Of a DNA stretch of 64,000 bases, positions 13,140-25,875 are shown in pieces. The DNA comes from Sphyrna mokarran (taxonomy: Eukaryota). The stretch lies in assembly GCA_024679065.1 (NCBI GenBank), contig JAGIQG010000023.1, positions 9,982,001-10,046,000 of the forward strand, read 5' to 3'. The translations under genes and the position numbers were made by a program. Below the pieces are notes generated by a model. That model ran no database searches. It was not told where the DNA came from and saw only the letters and a list, made by a program, of their open reading frames with translations. Numbering within the stretch: position 1 is the first letter of the stretch; each line of letters starts with the position of its first letter.

Positions 13140-13830
13140 ATATGGCAGAACAAAGAACAATGTAGGAACAGGCCCACCAAGTCTGTGCCACCACAGATGC
13201 CTCTCTAATCTAATATTTTCTTGCCTCTACATGGTCCACATCTCTCTATTCCCTGCCTTTTCATGTATCTATCCAGATGCCTCTTGAATGATGTTATAGA
13301 ATCTGATTCAACACCTCTTCTGGCCGTGCACTCACCGCCCTCTGTGTGAAAAACGTCCCTCTTACATTTCTTTTAAAAAAGCCACTAGTGGTGCCGATAG
13401 CTTTGTTTCCCCCGTGGATATTGATTTCAATGCAACCTTCTCTTTACAATATCTGCGATCAATGCATTTTTAAATAATTGATGGAGAAAATCCTATGAAA
13501 ACCAACATACTATTTGCCATCTTTACCACTTGCTGCACCTGCTGGCTTACTTTCAGTGACTGATGTACAAGGACACTCAGGTCTTATTGCACATTCCTCT
13601 TCCCCAACCCCAATCTATTCTCCAACTGAGATAATAATCTGCCTTCCTGTTTTTGCTGCCAAAGTGGATAACCTCACATTGATCCACATTACACTGCATC
13701 AGCCATGCATTTGCTTACTCACTCAACTTGTCCAACTCACAATAATGCATCTCTGTATCCCCCTCACAGCTCACCCTCTCACCCAGCTTTGTGTCACCTG
13801 CAAAGCTTTCCCCTCTTTGTCTAACTTCTT
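13140..13830 (-). mobile_element. CR1 LINE fragments
   Basis: Antisense CR1 3' end and RT C-terminal segment (ccaaagtggataacctcaca..gtgtcacctgcaaa). Confidence 0.65.
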
Positions 13831-13844
13831 TCTATTTCTAAACT

Positions 13845-13886
13845 AACACTTATTATCTGACTGTCCACCTCTGGCTGTTACTCACC
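13845..13886 (-). pseudogene. Leader-exon donor remnant truncated by a Penelope insertion
   Basis: ctggctgttactcacc matches the donor context at 4262 and 58799, followed immediately by Penelope terminal sequence. Confidence 0.6.
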
Positions 13887-14139
13887 ATAAGAAGTATCAC
13901 ACAACACCAGGTTAAAGTCCAACAGGTTTATTTGGTTGCAAAAGCTTTCAGAGCGTTCCTTCTTCTTCAGGTGAGTGAAGAGTTGCTATTCATCATTATT
14001 CACAACTTTTCCTCCACTGTTCCCCTGAACTTCCTTCTCAGCAGAGGGAACACTCTGCTCCTCATAATCACCGTTATCAAGTATATCATCCTGCTGCTGT
14101 GCCAAGTTACATCAGAGCACAGCAGACTATCACTATGTG

Positions 14140-14970
14140 GGAGACTCTCTGGGGAATGTACTGCAGAGATCCTCTGGGAACTGTACTGCAGAGATCCTCT
14201 GGGAACTGTACTGCAGAGATTCTGTGGGAAATGTACTGCAGAGACCTCCTGGGAAATGTACCGCAGAGACCTTCTGGGAAATGTATTGCAGAGACCCTCT
14301 GGAAATGTACTGCAGGGACCCTCTGGAAATGTACTGCAGAGACCTTCTGGGAAATGTACTGCAGAGACCTTCTGGGAAATGTACTGCAGAGACCCTCTGG
14401 AAATGTACTGCAGGAACCCTCTGGGAAATGTACTGCAGGGACCCTCTGGAAATGTACTGCAGAGACCCTCTGGGAAATGTACTGCAGGGACCCTCTGGGA
14501 AATGTACTGCAGGAACCCTCTGGGAAATGTGCTGCAGGAACCCTCTGGGAAATGTACTGCAGGGACCCTCTGGAAATGTACTGCAGAGACCCTCTGGGAA
14601 ATGTACTGCAGGGACCCTCTGGGAAATGTACTGCAGGGACCCTCTGGGAAATGTACTGCAGAGACCCTCTGGGAAATGTACTGCAGAGGTCCTCTGAGGA
14701 CTGTACTGCAGGGATCCTTTGGGGACTATACTGCAGGGATCCTTTGGGGACTATACTGCAGGGATCCTTTGGGGACGATACTGCAGGGACCCTCTGCGGA
14801 TTGTACTGTAGGAATCCTCTGGGGACTTTACTGTAGGACCCTTCTGTGGAATGTACTGTAAAGACCCTCTGGGGACTGCACTGCAGGGTCCATCTGGAAA
14901 CTATACTGCAAAGTCCCTCTGGGGGCTGTATTGCAGGGACTCTCTGGGAATTTACTGCAGAGACCCATTG
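14140..14970. repeat. 25-bp minisatellite (gggaaatgtactgcagagaccctct)n, about 33 units
   Basis: Direct tandem units of 24-25 bp, without spacers. Confidence 0.95.
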
Positions 14971-15617
14971 GACCTGACAAGGCAGCAGAAAGGCATCTTA
15001 ACAATCCAGATGCAGCATCTGATCACAGCCCATAGGCACTGTGAGCCTTGCTGTCACGGTCCGGTTCATTCTTTTAAAAATTAATAGCAATCTGTGCCGA
15101 TGTGATATCATGCTGGTGGGTGGGAAGATTCAATGAGGTTTGAGATTCGTCTTTAACTTCTTTAATGAAGTTATAACACATTCAAATTGATGCAAATCTG
15201 GTTCACACCCTCCCCGGGCATGGACCTGATCGCAGCATCAGGGAGAGCCCAGGAAAATTCCAATCGGAAATTTAACAGGTGCAAATTCCAAATTTGTCCT
15301 TTTGTGATATTTTGCAATGGGACTTGCACCCGGAACTAACACAGTCGCTAAATTGTAACCATTATGTTATTGGTAGGCTGGGAATGTGGGGGTAATAGAT
15401 ATTGAGCGTGATAAAAAGCTTCATATTGAGACCACTGCTATTTTTCATTTATATCAACAACCTGAAGCTCATTGTAAAACTGGAGGGAATAACTCAGAGA
15501 GTTCAGATAAATTGACAAAATAAATGTGTGAACAGTTCATTGCAGATGAAATTTAATTGCAAACTAAGAAGGAATAATGTTCATGAATATTATGAATGCT
15601 CTTCATGAATACTTTTC

Positions 15618-15893
15618 CTAATGACTTATGTTACTATATATTGCCATTTCAGATTCATCAAAGTTTGTATGTTGTTCTTTAGGGGCTATCATTGAATCTT
15701 GACACATCCTCACTGTTAACTGAGTGCCTTGACCTGGTAACTCTTCAGGCTTTTGAATCTGCAGTGCTGGATATGTGACTCCATCCTCATTGTTAGTGAA
15801 GCGGACAGTTTGCTCGCTGTGTGTTTCTGCTGAGTTCCCTCGATGGCACTTTACATTGGCATACACAATGTTCTCTTCTACAACTGCCAATTG
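15618..15893 (-). CDS. Terminal cytoplasmic exon with ITIMs (IVYANV, VTYPAL, AIYSNI)
   Basis: Acceptor ttgcag, phase 0; two I/V-x-Y-x-x-L/V motifs and a C-terminal ITIM-like tyrosine; TAG stop. Confidence 0.9.
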   Translation of the reverse strand, partial: QLAVVEENIVYANVKCHRGNSAETHSEQTVRFTNNEDGVTYPALQIQKPEELPGQGTQLTVRMCQDSMIAPKEQHTNFDESEMAIYSNISH

Positions 15894-16300
15894 CTGCAAT
15901 ATAGAAAATAAAGATCCAATTTATTTCCATTTATCTTAAATGATGATTTGTGGAGAAATCAATTTCTAGATTATTGCAAATCAGTTCACAAGTGATTGCA
16001 ACATTCGATAATCTATCTCCAGTGGTGAAACACATCATTTGTCCCAACTCCACATAAACCTGTCCAGTTAATCTCATCAAAATAACATTCAAATCCTTTC
16101 CTTCCCATGTGCTTATCCAGCTTTTGTTTGAATGTATTTCGGCTATTTGCCTCAACTGTTCCCCGTGATGGAAAATTTCAATTCTGAACACTCTGGGTAA
16201 AGATGCTTCTCTTGAATTTGCTGTTGGATGAATCTTTTTTATTCACACAAGGAATGTGGTAGTCGCTGGCTGGGCCAACATTTGTTGCCCATCCATAATT

Positions 16301-16728
16301 GGGGCATACATGCGATGGGTCGTGAGAGGGCTGCTCTTGGATCTTTTTCGAGAGTATCCTAGTGCTTCATGTCGTTAGTGTACGCTTGACCTGGACCATT
16401 TGATGGGCAACACGACAGCTCAGTGACTATCGCTGTGCTGTGCAGATACATGGATTTGGGCCTGTGTCTGTGGGAGTTTGCGCATTCTCCCGTGCTTGCG
16501 TGGGTTTTCTCCGGATGCTCCGGTTTCCTCCCACATCCCAAAGATGTGCTCTTAGGCTAATTGGCAAAACAAATTCTCCCTAAATTTGTCTCAAATTTGG
16601 TTTTTAATCCATAGATCTATAAACATGGACAGGGATCGCGGGTAAAGGTGGGAACATCGGGGTGGCGGCGCGGACTCGTTGGGCCGGAGGGCCTGTTTCC
16701 CGTGCTGTTTTGTTCTTTGTTCTTCTTT
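16301..16728 (+). mobile_element. V-SINE variant with an extended 5' head
   Basis: Full-length match to 38763-39187; V domain and (tgttctt)n tail; absent from duplicate block B. Confidence 0.75.
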
Positions 16729-17123
16729 GAATGGCTTCTTCGGCTATTTCAGGGGGCATTTATGAGCGGATGTAGGCCTGACCAAATATGGGCAGCAGAT
16801 TTCTGAAAGGAAATGTCCCTAAAGGACTTTAGTGGATGGTTTTTAATGCAATCAACAATAATTTTGTGCTTCTCATGTGACTCTTAATTCCAGTTTTTAT
16901 TGAGTTCTGCTGCGGTGGGATTTGAACTGAGGTCGCCAGAAAGATGATCCTGAATTTCTGGATTCCATTACCCCACTGCCTCCATGTTACTAATGACTAT
17001 TGTCGATTTCTGGTCACCGCTTGCATCTTTGTTATCTCTACTTGAATTTCAATCAGATCATTAGTCAAAGAGAGGCCCATCTTGCTGAATCTAGTTTTAA
17101 ATTTTAAATTTTCCAAGGCAGAA

Positions 17124-17713
17124 TGTGATATATAATTTTGCCGTCATTCAGCGAAATTGTACCTCGCATCCTCGATAGACCAAATGAAACTTCTGGGGTT
17201 TTAAATCAGCCTTTATTCACCCTTTAGCGAGGAGGTCTGCCTCCCACAAGGTGGTGTACTGGTACATGACACGCAGCATTCTATCTTTGCGTATCTTACT
17301 TATAATCCTCATACACCAATCACAAGGACACATTTGTTCAGAACTCATTGGTATCCAATTACAGCAAATAGTTCTGATATCTTCATTTATATCTGGTGAA
17401 TACAGTTAACCAGTTATAGCCTCTATATGCTTGTCTAATTATAATGATTAATTACTAACAAGGTGCGCCTACGTAGTTACACATCCAAACATCCATGCCT
17501 GCTGCTATAGCTTATGAATATCAGAGTTCTCTGTCCTGCCCCTTGGTCAGCTTGTGTGTGCTGCCCATTTGTAATTGTGGGAACCGCACTGAAACATCTT
17601 CACAGCAGCTTCCCAGTGAACTGTGCTGTAATTAATTCACAGGGGAACAGGGACTGCATTCAATGATGCAAACTCCTTCAGAATGACAGCATCTTTCATG
17701 TTACTATCTCACA
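17124..17713 (-). mobile_element. Solo LTR
   Basis: TGTGA..TCACA inverted termini; near-TSD gcagaa/gtagaa; TATAA and AATAAA on the minus strand. Confidence 0.6.
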
Positions 17714-18472
17714 GTAGAACCAGCATGAATGTCCATAGTTAATAGAAAGAAGAACATTTATCTGGAGCCTTCAACATAGTAAAAAGCCCCATAATGCATG
17801 GCAACATCATCAGGTACAAGCTGAAACTAAACCAAGGAAGAAGATATTAGTGAAGGTGAACAAAATCTTTCAAAGTTTTAAGGCAAAGATATTTTAGGGA
17901 ATGCCTTAAAGGAAAATGAAGTGATGAATTAGACAGAGAGGATTCCAGAGCTTCGGGACTAGATGATGAAGTTACAGCAAGGCCAATCTCTCATCACTGA
18001 ATATGTGGACCCATTAGCTTTTGATAGTATTTTCTTATTCTCAATTTTTGTTCTGTTTTGGCAGTAATACTTGAGACTTCACATTTCTGAGAACGTAAAC
18101 TGACAAATGTCATCAAATCCAAAGGTGGGATGAAATAATTAATGAGGACTCATTTCTGACGGTAAAGCCAAGATCTGTCTCCCTTTGTGCTCATCCAATG
18201 AGATTAATGATTGGAGCCAATCCAAGGTGTAGTTCAGTCAAACATCATCAATACATTTAAGGCAAAAGCACAGAAACAAATGTGAGGGAAAGGAACAGAA
18301 GCTTATATTGTTTGGGTTGGATAAAGAGGGATGGGAGGAGGCTTGTGTGGAGCAGCAAATCCAGCATGGACCAGTTGGCCTGAATGGCTTGTTTCAGTGC
18401 TGTAAATTCTACATCATCCAGGTTTGAAAATTTCCAGACATTAGTCAGAGAATTCATACTGAATCTCCTCAC

Positions 18473-18525
18473 CTGATTGTCATGAAGATTATCATTGTCT
18501 CCTCCATGGCTTATGTCATTTGTAT
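18473..18525 (-). CDS. Cytoplasmic exon DTNDISHGGDNDNLHDNQ
   Basis: Acceptor ttccatttttcag, donor CAG|GTGAGG; phase 1 to 0, bridging the TM and terminal exons. Confidence 0.8.
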
Positions 18526-18794
18526 CTGAAAAATGGAAATGTTAACATTGAAAATGCTTTAATTGGAATGGTTGCTATCTTAGAATGTCTCAAGGTACAT
18601 TGATTAGCATTTAAAGAAAGCCAAATGGGTTGTTATCTTTTGTTACAGAAAGGTTTGTGAATAAAATGGGAAATTGGTGAGGCTACACCTAAAGTGCAAT
18701 TTGTAGGCTTTAGCTTCAGGTAGGACACAACAGCTCACTATTCACTGCACTGATTCACAAGAAGGAAATTGTGTTATGAAGAAAGATTGAACAG

Positions 18795-19350
18795 TACAAA
18801 ACTCTAGTGCGGCCGCACTTGGAGTATTGTGTGCAGTTCTGGTCCCCACATTATAAGAAAGATGTGGAGGCATTGGAGAGGGTACAGAGGAGGTTTACCA
18901 GGATGTTGCCTGGTATGGATGGCAGGTCTTATGAAGAGAGGCTGAGGGATTTGAGGTTGTTTTCGTTAGAAAGGAGGCGGCTAAGAGGGGACCTAATCGA
19001 AACATATAAGATGATTTAGAGGTTTAGATAGGGTGGACAGTGATAGCCTTTTTCCTAGGATGGAGAAAGCTAGCACGAGGGGACACAGCTTTAAATTAAG
19101 GGGTGATAGTTATAGGACTGATATCAGAGGCAGGTTCTTTACCCAAAGGTGGTTCGGGAGTGGAATGCCCTGCCTGCAGCAGTTGTAGATGCGCCAAGTT
19201 TGGTGGCGTTTAAGAGGTTAGTTGATAAGTATATGGAAGAGAAGGGAATGGTTTAGTTTGGAAGGGCATTGCTTTTTATATTGGTCGGCGCAACATTGAA
19301 GGCCGAAGGGCCTGTTCTGTGCTGTAATGTTCTATGTTCTATGTTCTAGA
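18795..19350 (+). mobile_element. CR1 LINE 3' fragment (HER1-like)
   Basis: [52 protein letters not shown]; (tgttcta)n tail. Confidence 0.92.
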
Positions 19351-20568
19351 CCAGATGTAGCAACTCAAGGCAACTTAATGTGGTAAGTTATTAATCGAGA
19401 AGAATTCTATATAATGAAGCATTTAACATCAGAACGATACAGGTCAACTCCTAATAGTGCCTGGGCTTCAAAAGCCTCTGGAGCTGCACGCCCTCGCTCC
19501 CGATAGGCTTGTGCACTTGCGTTAGGGCCCAATCACATGACCCCTCTAGCATTGTGCATAAAGGGGCAATGGGACTACACCAAGCCGATATTCTCTGCTG
19601 TTCAGCCGGACGTGAGATGATCTCATTAAAAAAAAATTGTAATTGACTTCACAGGGCAGATATAGAGGGAATTCTTCCTTTGACTGGAGAATCTAGAACA
19701 CAGATTCTATAAGACCGTAACACATTAGATATAGGAGCAGAATTAGTGCATTCAGCCTATCGAGTCTGCTCCACCATTCAATCATGCCTGATAAGTTTCT
19801 CAACCCCAATTTTTTGCCTTTTCTCCAAATCCTATGATCCCTTCACCACTCATGAATCTATCCATCTCTGCCTTAAATCTGTCACAATCCCAGAGCACAG
19901 TGTGGATCTATTTACTGAGATTGGATGAGGTCACAGAAGGTTCTGTATCTTTGGAATTCTCTCTTGCAGAAAGCTGTGAATGCTCCACCATTGAGTACAT
20001 TCAAGTCAGATATCAATAGATTTTTGGGAGTTTGAGGAACTAGGCTATCATACTGAAAGATCATTGTAAGATTTCCCTCACATAGCTAAGCAAAGAAATG
20101 ACTTGTGGAGAAATTTTCCCATCCTGTCCACATTGTGAATCATAGCGGACGGGATAGAAAATTTGGCGGACCATCTAAAAGGTCCAATGACCTGGGATGG
20201 AATTTCCAATCTTGAGACATACACAGCCAAAATAATTCTGCCCTTGGTCATAAACAAATCTACATGATCCTATTGAAGACGCAGCAGATGGGCTGAATGG
20301 CCTACTCCTGTTCCTATTTCTGCTGGTCTTATGGTCTCTGTCATTCTAAACCCATGTTGAGTTTCACTTCCTCCAGAGTTCACAAAGTTATTTGTTGTTT
20401 CCGAACAACAGAAACAACTTCAATGTTCTTCCATGATTAACACTATATTAAAATGTGCAGGATACCAGAATCAGAGATTTTATTGATTGCAGCAAATTAG
20501 GCTCTCTTTATATACTTCAGAAAATTATTGAAATATAACAAAATGAGTCAGGAGAAACAGAAACTCAC

Positions 20569-20657
20569 CCTTGTCAATTCGCCTCCGGTACAAAAGCAGA
20601 GAAACGGCGAATACCACAAGAAAGGCCCCCAGCACCCCCAGCACAATGTAAACCAGA
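20569..20657 (-). CDS. Transmembrane exon LVYIVLGVLGAFLVVFAVSLLLYRRRIDK
   Basis: About 23 hydrophobic residues with no charge, then an RRR stop-transfer; acceptor tcacag, donor G|GTGAGT; phase 2 to 1. Confidence 0.92.
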
Positions 20658-20764
20658 CTGTGACACAGAGAATAGGAAATGAGCAGTGCTGGACTTTACA
20701 ATCAAAGAAATTTTACAGCGCAGAAAGTGACCACTTGGTCCATCATTTCTACTGTGTCTAAAAA

Positions 20765-21640
20765 TCAGCTCCCCCCCGCCACTGTAGTCCCACTCTCCAG
20801 CATTTTGTCCATTGCTCTGCAGATTATCCAAACATTTTTGAAATGAATTGAGTGTTTCTGCCTTTACCACACTTTCAGAAAACTACAGCCCTCTGGGTGG
20901 AAAGTTTTCCTCATCTCTCCTCAAATCTTTCTACCAATTTCTTTAAATTCATGCTCCTCAGTCGCTGATCTCCCTGCTAAAATAAACTGGTCCTTCCCAT
21001 CCACTCTATCCGGGCCCTTTACATTGCTGTGCATCTCAATCAATTCTCCCCTAAACCAAGCTGAACAACCTCAGCTAACCAAATTTTTCTTTTTCCAGTC
21101 CTGGCAACATCCTTGTAAGTCTCCTTTCTGATAAATCCTTTTTGTCACGAGGTGATCAGAAATGCACACAATACTCATGTTGAGGCCTAACTAATATCTT
21201 ATATTGTTCCAGCATTATCTTTCTGACCTTATATTACATATCTTGGCTAATAAATGAAAGGATTCCATGTGCCTTCTTAACCGACTTATCGATCTATCTT
21301 GCTACCTTCAAGGACCTGTGGACATTCATTCCAAGGATTTTCATTTCCTCTATATCCTCCCATTTATTGTCTAACCATTTGCTTTGTTTGACCTGCTCAA
21401 ATGCATCACCTCATACTTTTCTAGGTGGAATTCCATTTGACACTTTTCTGCCCACCTGAACAATCCATTGATATCTATCTGCAGTCGATAGCGATCCTCC
21501 TCGCTACCTGCAGCATTGGTAATTTTCATTGTATTACATATAATCATTAATATGCACCAGAGAAAGCAGAGAACCTAGCACTGAGCATTGGAACCAGCCT
21601 TCCAGTCACAAAAACAGCCATCAACAATCATCCTTTGTTT
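20765..21640 (-). mobile_element. Old CR1 LINE fragment
   Basis: Antisense, degenerate CR1 ORF2 C-terminus (MVKAETLNSFQKCLD; tgcacacaatactc). Confidence 0.6.
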
Positions 21641-21903
21641 CCTGCTATAATAGATTCTTGGCCATTTGTTTACAGAAGTGGGTTTTAAAATTATACAGCC
21701 CTTTTCGCATCCTTTGGGTGGTCTAAAGAGCTATACACTCGAGGAAATACTTTTAAACAACCACCAATGTTGTGATATAAAAGATGTGGCAACCAATTTA
21801 CACAGAAAAAAGCCTCGGGAACAGCAGTGAACATTGACCAGATCAATATTGGTCATTTCTTCAGTGTTCTCCTTGTCTGCTTTCTCTGTCGATAAGAAAT
21901 TAC

Positions 21904-22026
21904 CTGCTGTGTATTCCCAGCAGCTTTTTCATCATGTTGATGTTTAGTTGGTATTTTCTCATCGTCATCATTGTAACCTCCGTGTTTACATCGGACAACA
22001 ATTTCTGCTCTTTCTGTATGCCCCAA
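21904..22026 (-). CDS. Candidate optional second stalk exon (123 nt, symmetric)
   Basis: Acceptor catag after a pyrimidine tract; donor CAG|GTAATT; open in phase 2. The encoded peptide is not diagnostic. Confidence 0.35.
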
Positions 22027-23318
22027 CTATGTTCGGGATTGTGAGTTTTAACAGAAAAGGAAAAGACTTGGTTTGCACATGTAGATTCAAGCAAACACAA
22101 AACAGGTTTTAATGAAGAGCTGCTCTCTGCACTGCATCAAGTTGAAAACTAACAGTAACACAGCAGCCTGAGCCCGTACCTTAACAGCATCATATCAAAT
22201 CAACCCTTTTTAAAATTTGCATCTTTATTATGAAGCAAACACAACAACATCTCGCCAACATTCCTGATCTGAGAGCTATTGAAAAACAGTGCCTAGTCTC
22301 CCAGATTATCAGAGACTGGACATATGACCCAAGATGTGTGTCAGGACCCTGCAGATGACCCAACATGATGACCTCCATGAATTGCCTGGGATATTGGAAC
22401 TTCCAGTGGAAAATTCTGCTGTTCCCTGGGTCCCTCTGTGAAAATCTTCAGCTCTGAGGTAAAAGCTTCAAACAATTCATTGGGGCTTAACTGGATAATT
22501 ACCCAGGAAATATTAGACAGAAAGAATCAAGTTTAATTCCTGGGCAACCACAGAACTGACCACCGAATAATCACACTGACCCTCTGAATTCCTCCCAATC
22601 CTCTGATGAACCCGCTGACACACCACCTATCACCCCCCATCCGGAATTATCCCATCTGATTTTGTGACTATGCCATAACCTGAGCCAACCCAATTATTCT
22701 CTCTGACTAACCTTTGGACCCACCACTTGATTACCCAATGTCTGAATCTGATTAACCCTCAAACCAGGCTACCTCTGCCAACCTGATCCAATTACCACGC
22801 CATTCATCTACTGCCTCATCAACCTACTACTTCATCCAACTGCTACTCTACCCTCCTGTCACCTCATCAACTTAATATCTCACTCAACTATGACCCTTCC
22901 TATCTATCACCTCACCTATCTGCAATCCCACCCATCTCACACACCTATAATCTCACTCACCTGTATTCTCACCCATCTACCATGCCTCCGACTAACAACT
23001 CATCTATACACCTGATTCTCTCTCTATCCATCTCTCACCCTACCCACCTGTTGTCCTACAAAGTTGTGATGGAGTTCTCAGAGGATCGCTGCATTCCACA
23101 GTTCTGGAAAATTTAGACTTGGAAAATCAGACAAGAAATGTGGAGCTGAGTCGAGGATGGAAAGCTTCGAGTGGAATGGCAATCCAACAATGATTGCTGC
23201 TCTGTGACTGACCCAGGACAATAAATGATATCCATCCTTGCGCCTAAGTTGTTCAAGAGGATTTAATCACTCACACAGAATCCGTGTCATTTAAACACTA
23301 ACAATAAAAACAACATAC

Positions 23319-23397
23319 CTTTTAGCAAGTTTGGAGTTTGGAATTGAGGAATGTGTTGGCGAAACTGTTAAAACGTCACAAGAATTTTCAGGTCCGA
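23319..23397 (-). CDS. Stalk exon VGPENSCDVLTVSPTHSSIPNSKLAK
   Basis: Acceptor ttgtttcag, donor AAG|GTATGT. Phase 1 to 2, exactly bridging C2-3 (phase 1) and the TM exon (phase 2). S/T/P rich. Confidence 0.8.
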
Positions 23398-24754
23398 CTG
23401 AAACAAGAAAACAACATTCAGATCAGCCTCATTTTTATTGTCATTAACGAGAGAGTCACATTGTCAAGTGGCACTCGACCAGAGGGAGAACCTCGATGAG
23501 GGAGCACCTCACCTTAGGATGTGAGTGTCACTGTTGAAGTCAGCAATTATTGCCCATCCCCAATTGCCCTTGAGATGATAGTCATGAGATGCCTCTCGAA
23601 TCGCTGCAGTCCTTGTGCTGTAGGTACATCCACAGTGCTGTGAGTGAGGGAGCACCCATCAAATCTGTGCCATTCAAAGCCAAACCACCTGACTATTCTA
23701 ATCCCATTTTCCAAAACGTAGCCCATAGCTTTGTGCGCCTTGGCATCACGAGTGCACATCTAAATGATTCTTAAATGTTATGAGGGTCTCTAAAGCACCA
23801 GGAAAATTTGCCTAATTCTCTTGGAAGAGGGCCGTGCAATCATTTATATTTAGCTGAAAGGACATGTGGGCTCACAGTTCAACCAGACAATAGCACTGTC
23901 AACAGCAGAGCACAATCTCTGGGCTGTACAGGGATATCAACACCTTTCTCGGAAAGAGAATTTGAACTCACAACCCATTGGTTTCAGAAATCAGGCTGCT
24001 ACCAACTGAGCCCCTTCTAACACTGACACATATTAAACATTCAAACAGGTTAAAGTACTCGTTAATTCCAAACTATAATTAGTGTTTATGTTAACACTGA
24101 GGAATTTAATGTTTAGAGCATGGAATTTCTGAAAGTTTGAGCAGCACTTTGTGATGATAGAATTTTACGCAAAGAAGGAAATTTGGTCCATTTCCTTCCA
24201 TCGCTATGAGAGAATTTGCCATTTAGAATCATAGAATCCTTGCAGTGCACTAGGAGGCCATTTGGCCCATTGAGTCTACAGCGACACTCCTATTGTCGTA
24301 TCTTTTCTCCAAATTCTCCTTTATGTTTGCCCCTTTTTTTGCTTCCCCTTGTAAAAGCTATTATTGATCCTGGTTCTAATCCAGTCCATACCCTAATAAT
24401 CATTTGCATCTATAAAATTCTCCCAACTTCTCCTGTTGTCTTTGTTATGATGGTCTTAATTGTATTCTCTGTGTTATTGACTCACTTACTACTGGAAATA
24501 ATTGGTCTCAATTTTATCTTATTAAAGCCCCAAATAATTTTGAATAAATCTAGCAAATCATTTCCTTCTATTCTAATGATTCTCTGCCGGTGTCAGCTAT
24601 TGGTAGCAACCACAAGGTTCTGTATTCAAGCCTTGCTCTAGGACTCAAAAATCAAAGCTGACACTCCTGTGCAGTACCAAGGAAGTGCTGCACAGTTGGA
24701 GGTGCTGTATTTCGGACAGGATGTTGAACTGAGTCCCTAGTCTGCCTGCTCTAT

Positions 24755-25200
24755 GGGTAGCATGTTGGTACAGTGGTTAGCACTGCTGCCTTACAGCGCC
24801 AGAGACCCGGGTTCAGTTCTGGCCTCGGGTAATTGTTTGTGTAGAGTTGTGTAGAGTGTCTGTGTGGATTTCCCCTGGGCGTTCTGGTTACCACCTACAA
24901 GCCAAAGATGTGCAGGTTAAGTGGATTGGCCAAGCTAAATTGCCTCTTAATGTCATGGGGAACTACATAGAACATAGAACAATACAGCACAGAACAGGCC
25001 CTTCGGCCTTCGATGTTGTGCCGACCAAAAATAAAAAGCAATGCCCCTCCTAACTAAACCATTCCCTTCTCTTCCATATACTTATCAACTAAAAACTAGC
25101 TTGGGTAAATGCATGAGGTTATAGTGACGAGGCCTGGGTGGGATTGTTGTTGGCAGAGACTCAATGGGCTGAATGGCTCTTTCTGCACTGAAGGATTTTA
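24755..25200 (+). mobile_element. V-SINE with a nested short antisense LINE tail
   Basis: A/B boxes and V domain; (catagaa)n insert near 24965. Confidence 0.75.
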
Positions 25201-25875
25201 TGGATTCTATGAATCTATGGATGTATAAGATCTGTGGCACAAGATCTCCTGAAGAAAAACAGAAGCATTGTTCCAAATCACCCAACGATATTTATTCCTC
25301 GATCAAAAACAGGTTCCCAGTTCATTATTTTGAGTTTACTGTGTGCAAATTGGCTGCTGTGTTTCCTGCCTCGCAAGAATGACAGTGTTTCAAAAAGCTT
25401 TTCATCGGATATAAAGTAATTTGAGAAGTCATGTTACTATGAAAATAAATTTGAGACATTCTTTCATTTTGTCAGTGAGACCTGTTAAGATGTGATCGTT
25501 TTACATCAACTCTTTAACTCTCTATCCTTACCATTCATCCTAAAGCAAGAGACATCAGCTAAAGGCTGTTTTTCACAATTTGATCTCGAAGAAATGGGAA
25601 CAGGAATGGTTCATGGATACTTTATCAGTCAAGTTCTATTTAATTTTAATGGGATTACTGCAACATTTACATATGTTTGAGCAATATTTTATGATCCTGA
25701 TATTTTCAATCAATATTTTAATCAGTAACTTTTTCCGCGTGGTTGAGAGACAAAGCAGAGTGAATTTTATCATTGCAGTCATTCAGAGAGACTTTAGGAA
25801 ATAAAGCCGCAACCAGCTTATTTAAACATCAATTAATATTTCAGTGACACATTGTATGTTCATACTATCACTTAC

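Larger units (their letters stand above)
13490..17085. repeat. Segmental duplication, block A2 (partner about 60520-64000)
   Basis: Colinear CR1 piece, leader remnant, Penelope end, minisatellite, 3' flank, ITIM exon and last intron. Confidence 0.88.

Noticed and set aside
13932-14861. Long Cys-rich ORFs (309, 245 and 186 aa) and similar ORFs at 61762-62398
   Set aside because: Produced by a stop-free 25-bp minisatellite open in all frames; not a real protein.
14140-14970. CRISPR-like regular repeat
   Set aside because: Units are contiguous with no unique spacers, there are no cas genes, and the DNA is vertebrate.
22560-23050. C-rich low-complexity tract as a mucin exon
   Set aside because: No long open frame or splice sites; looks like degenerate simple sequence.
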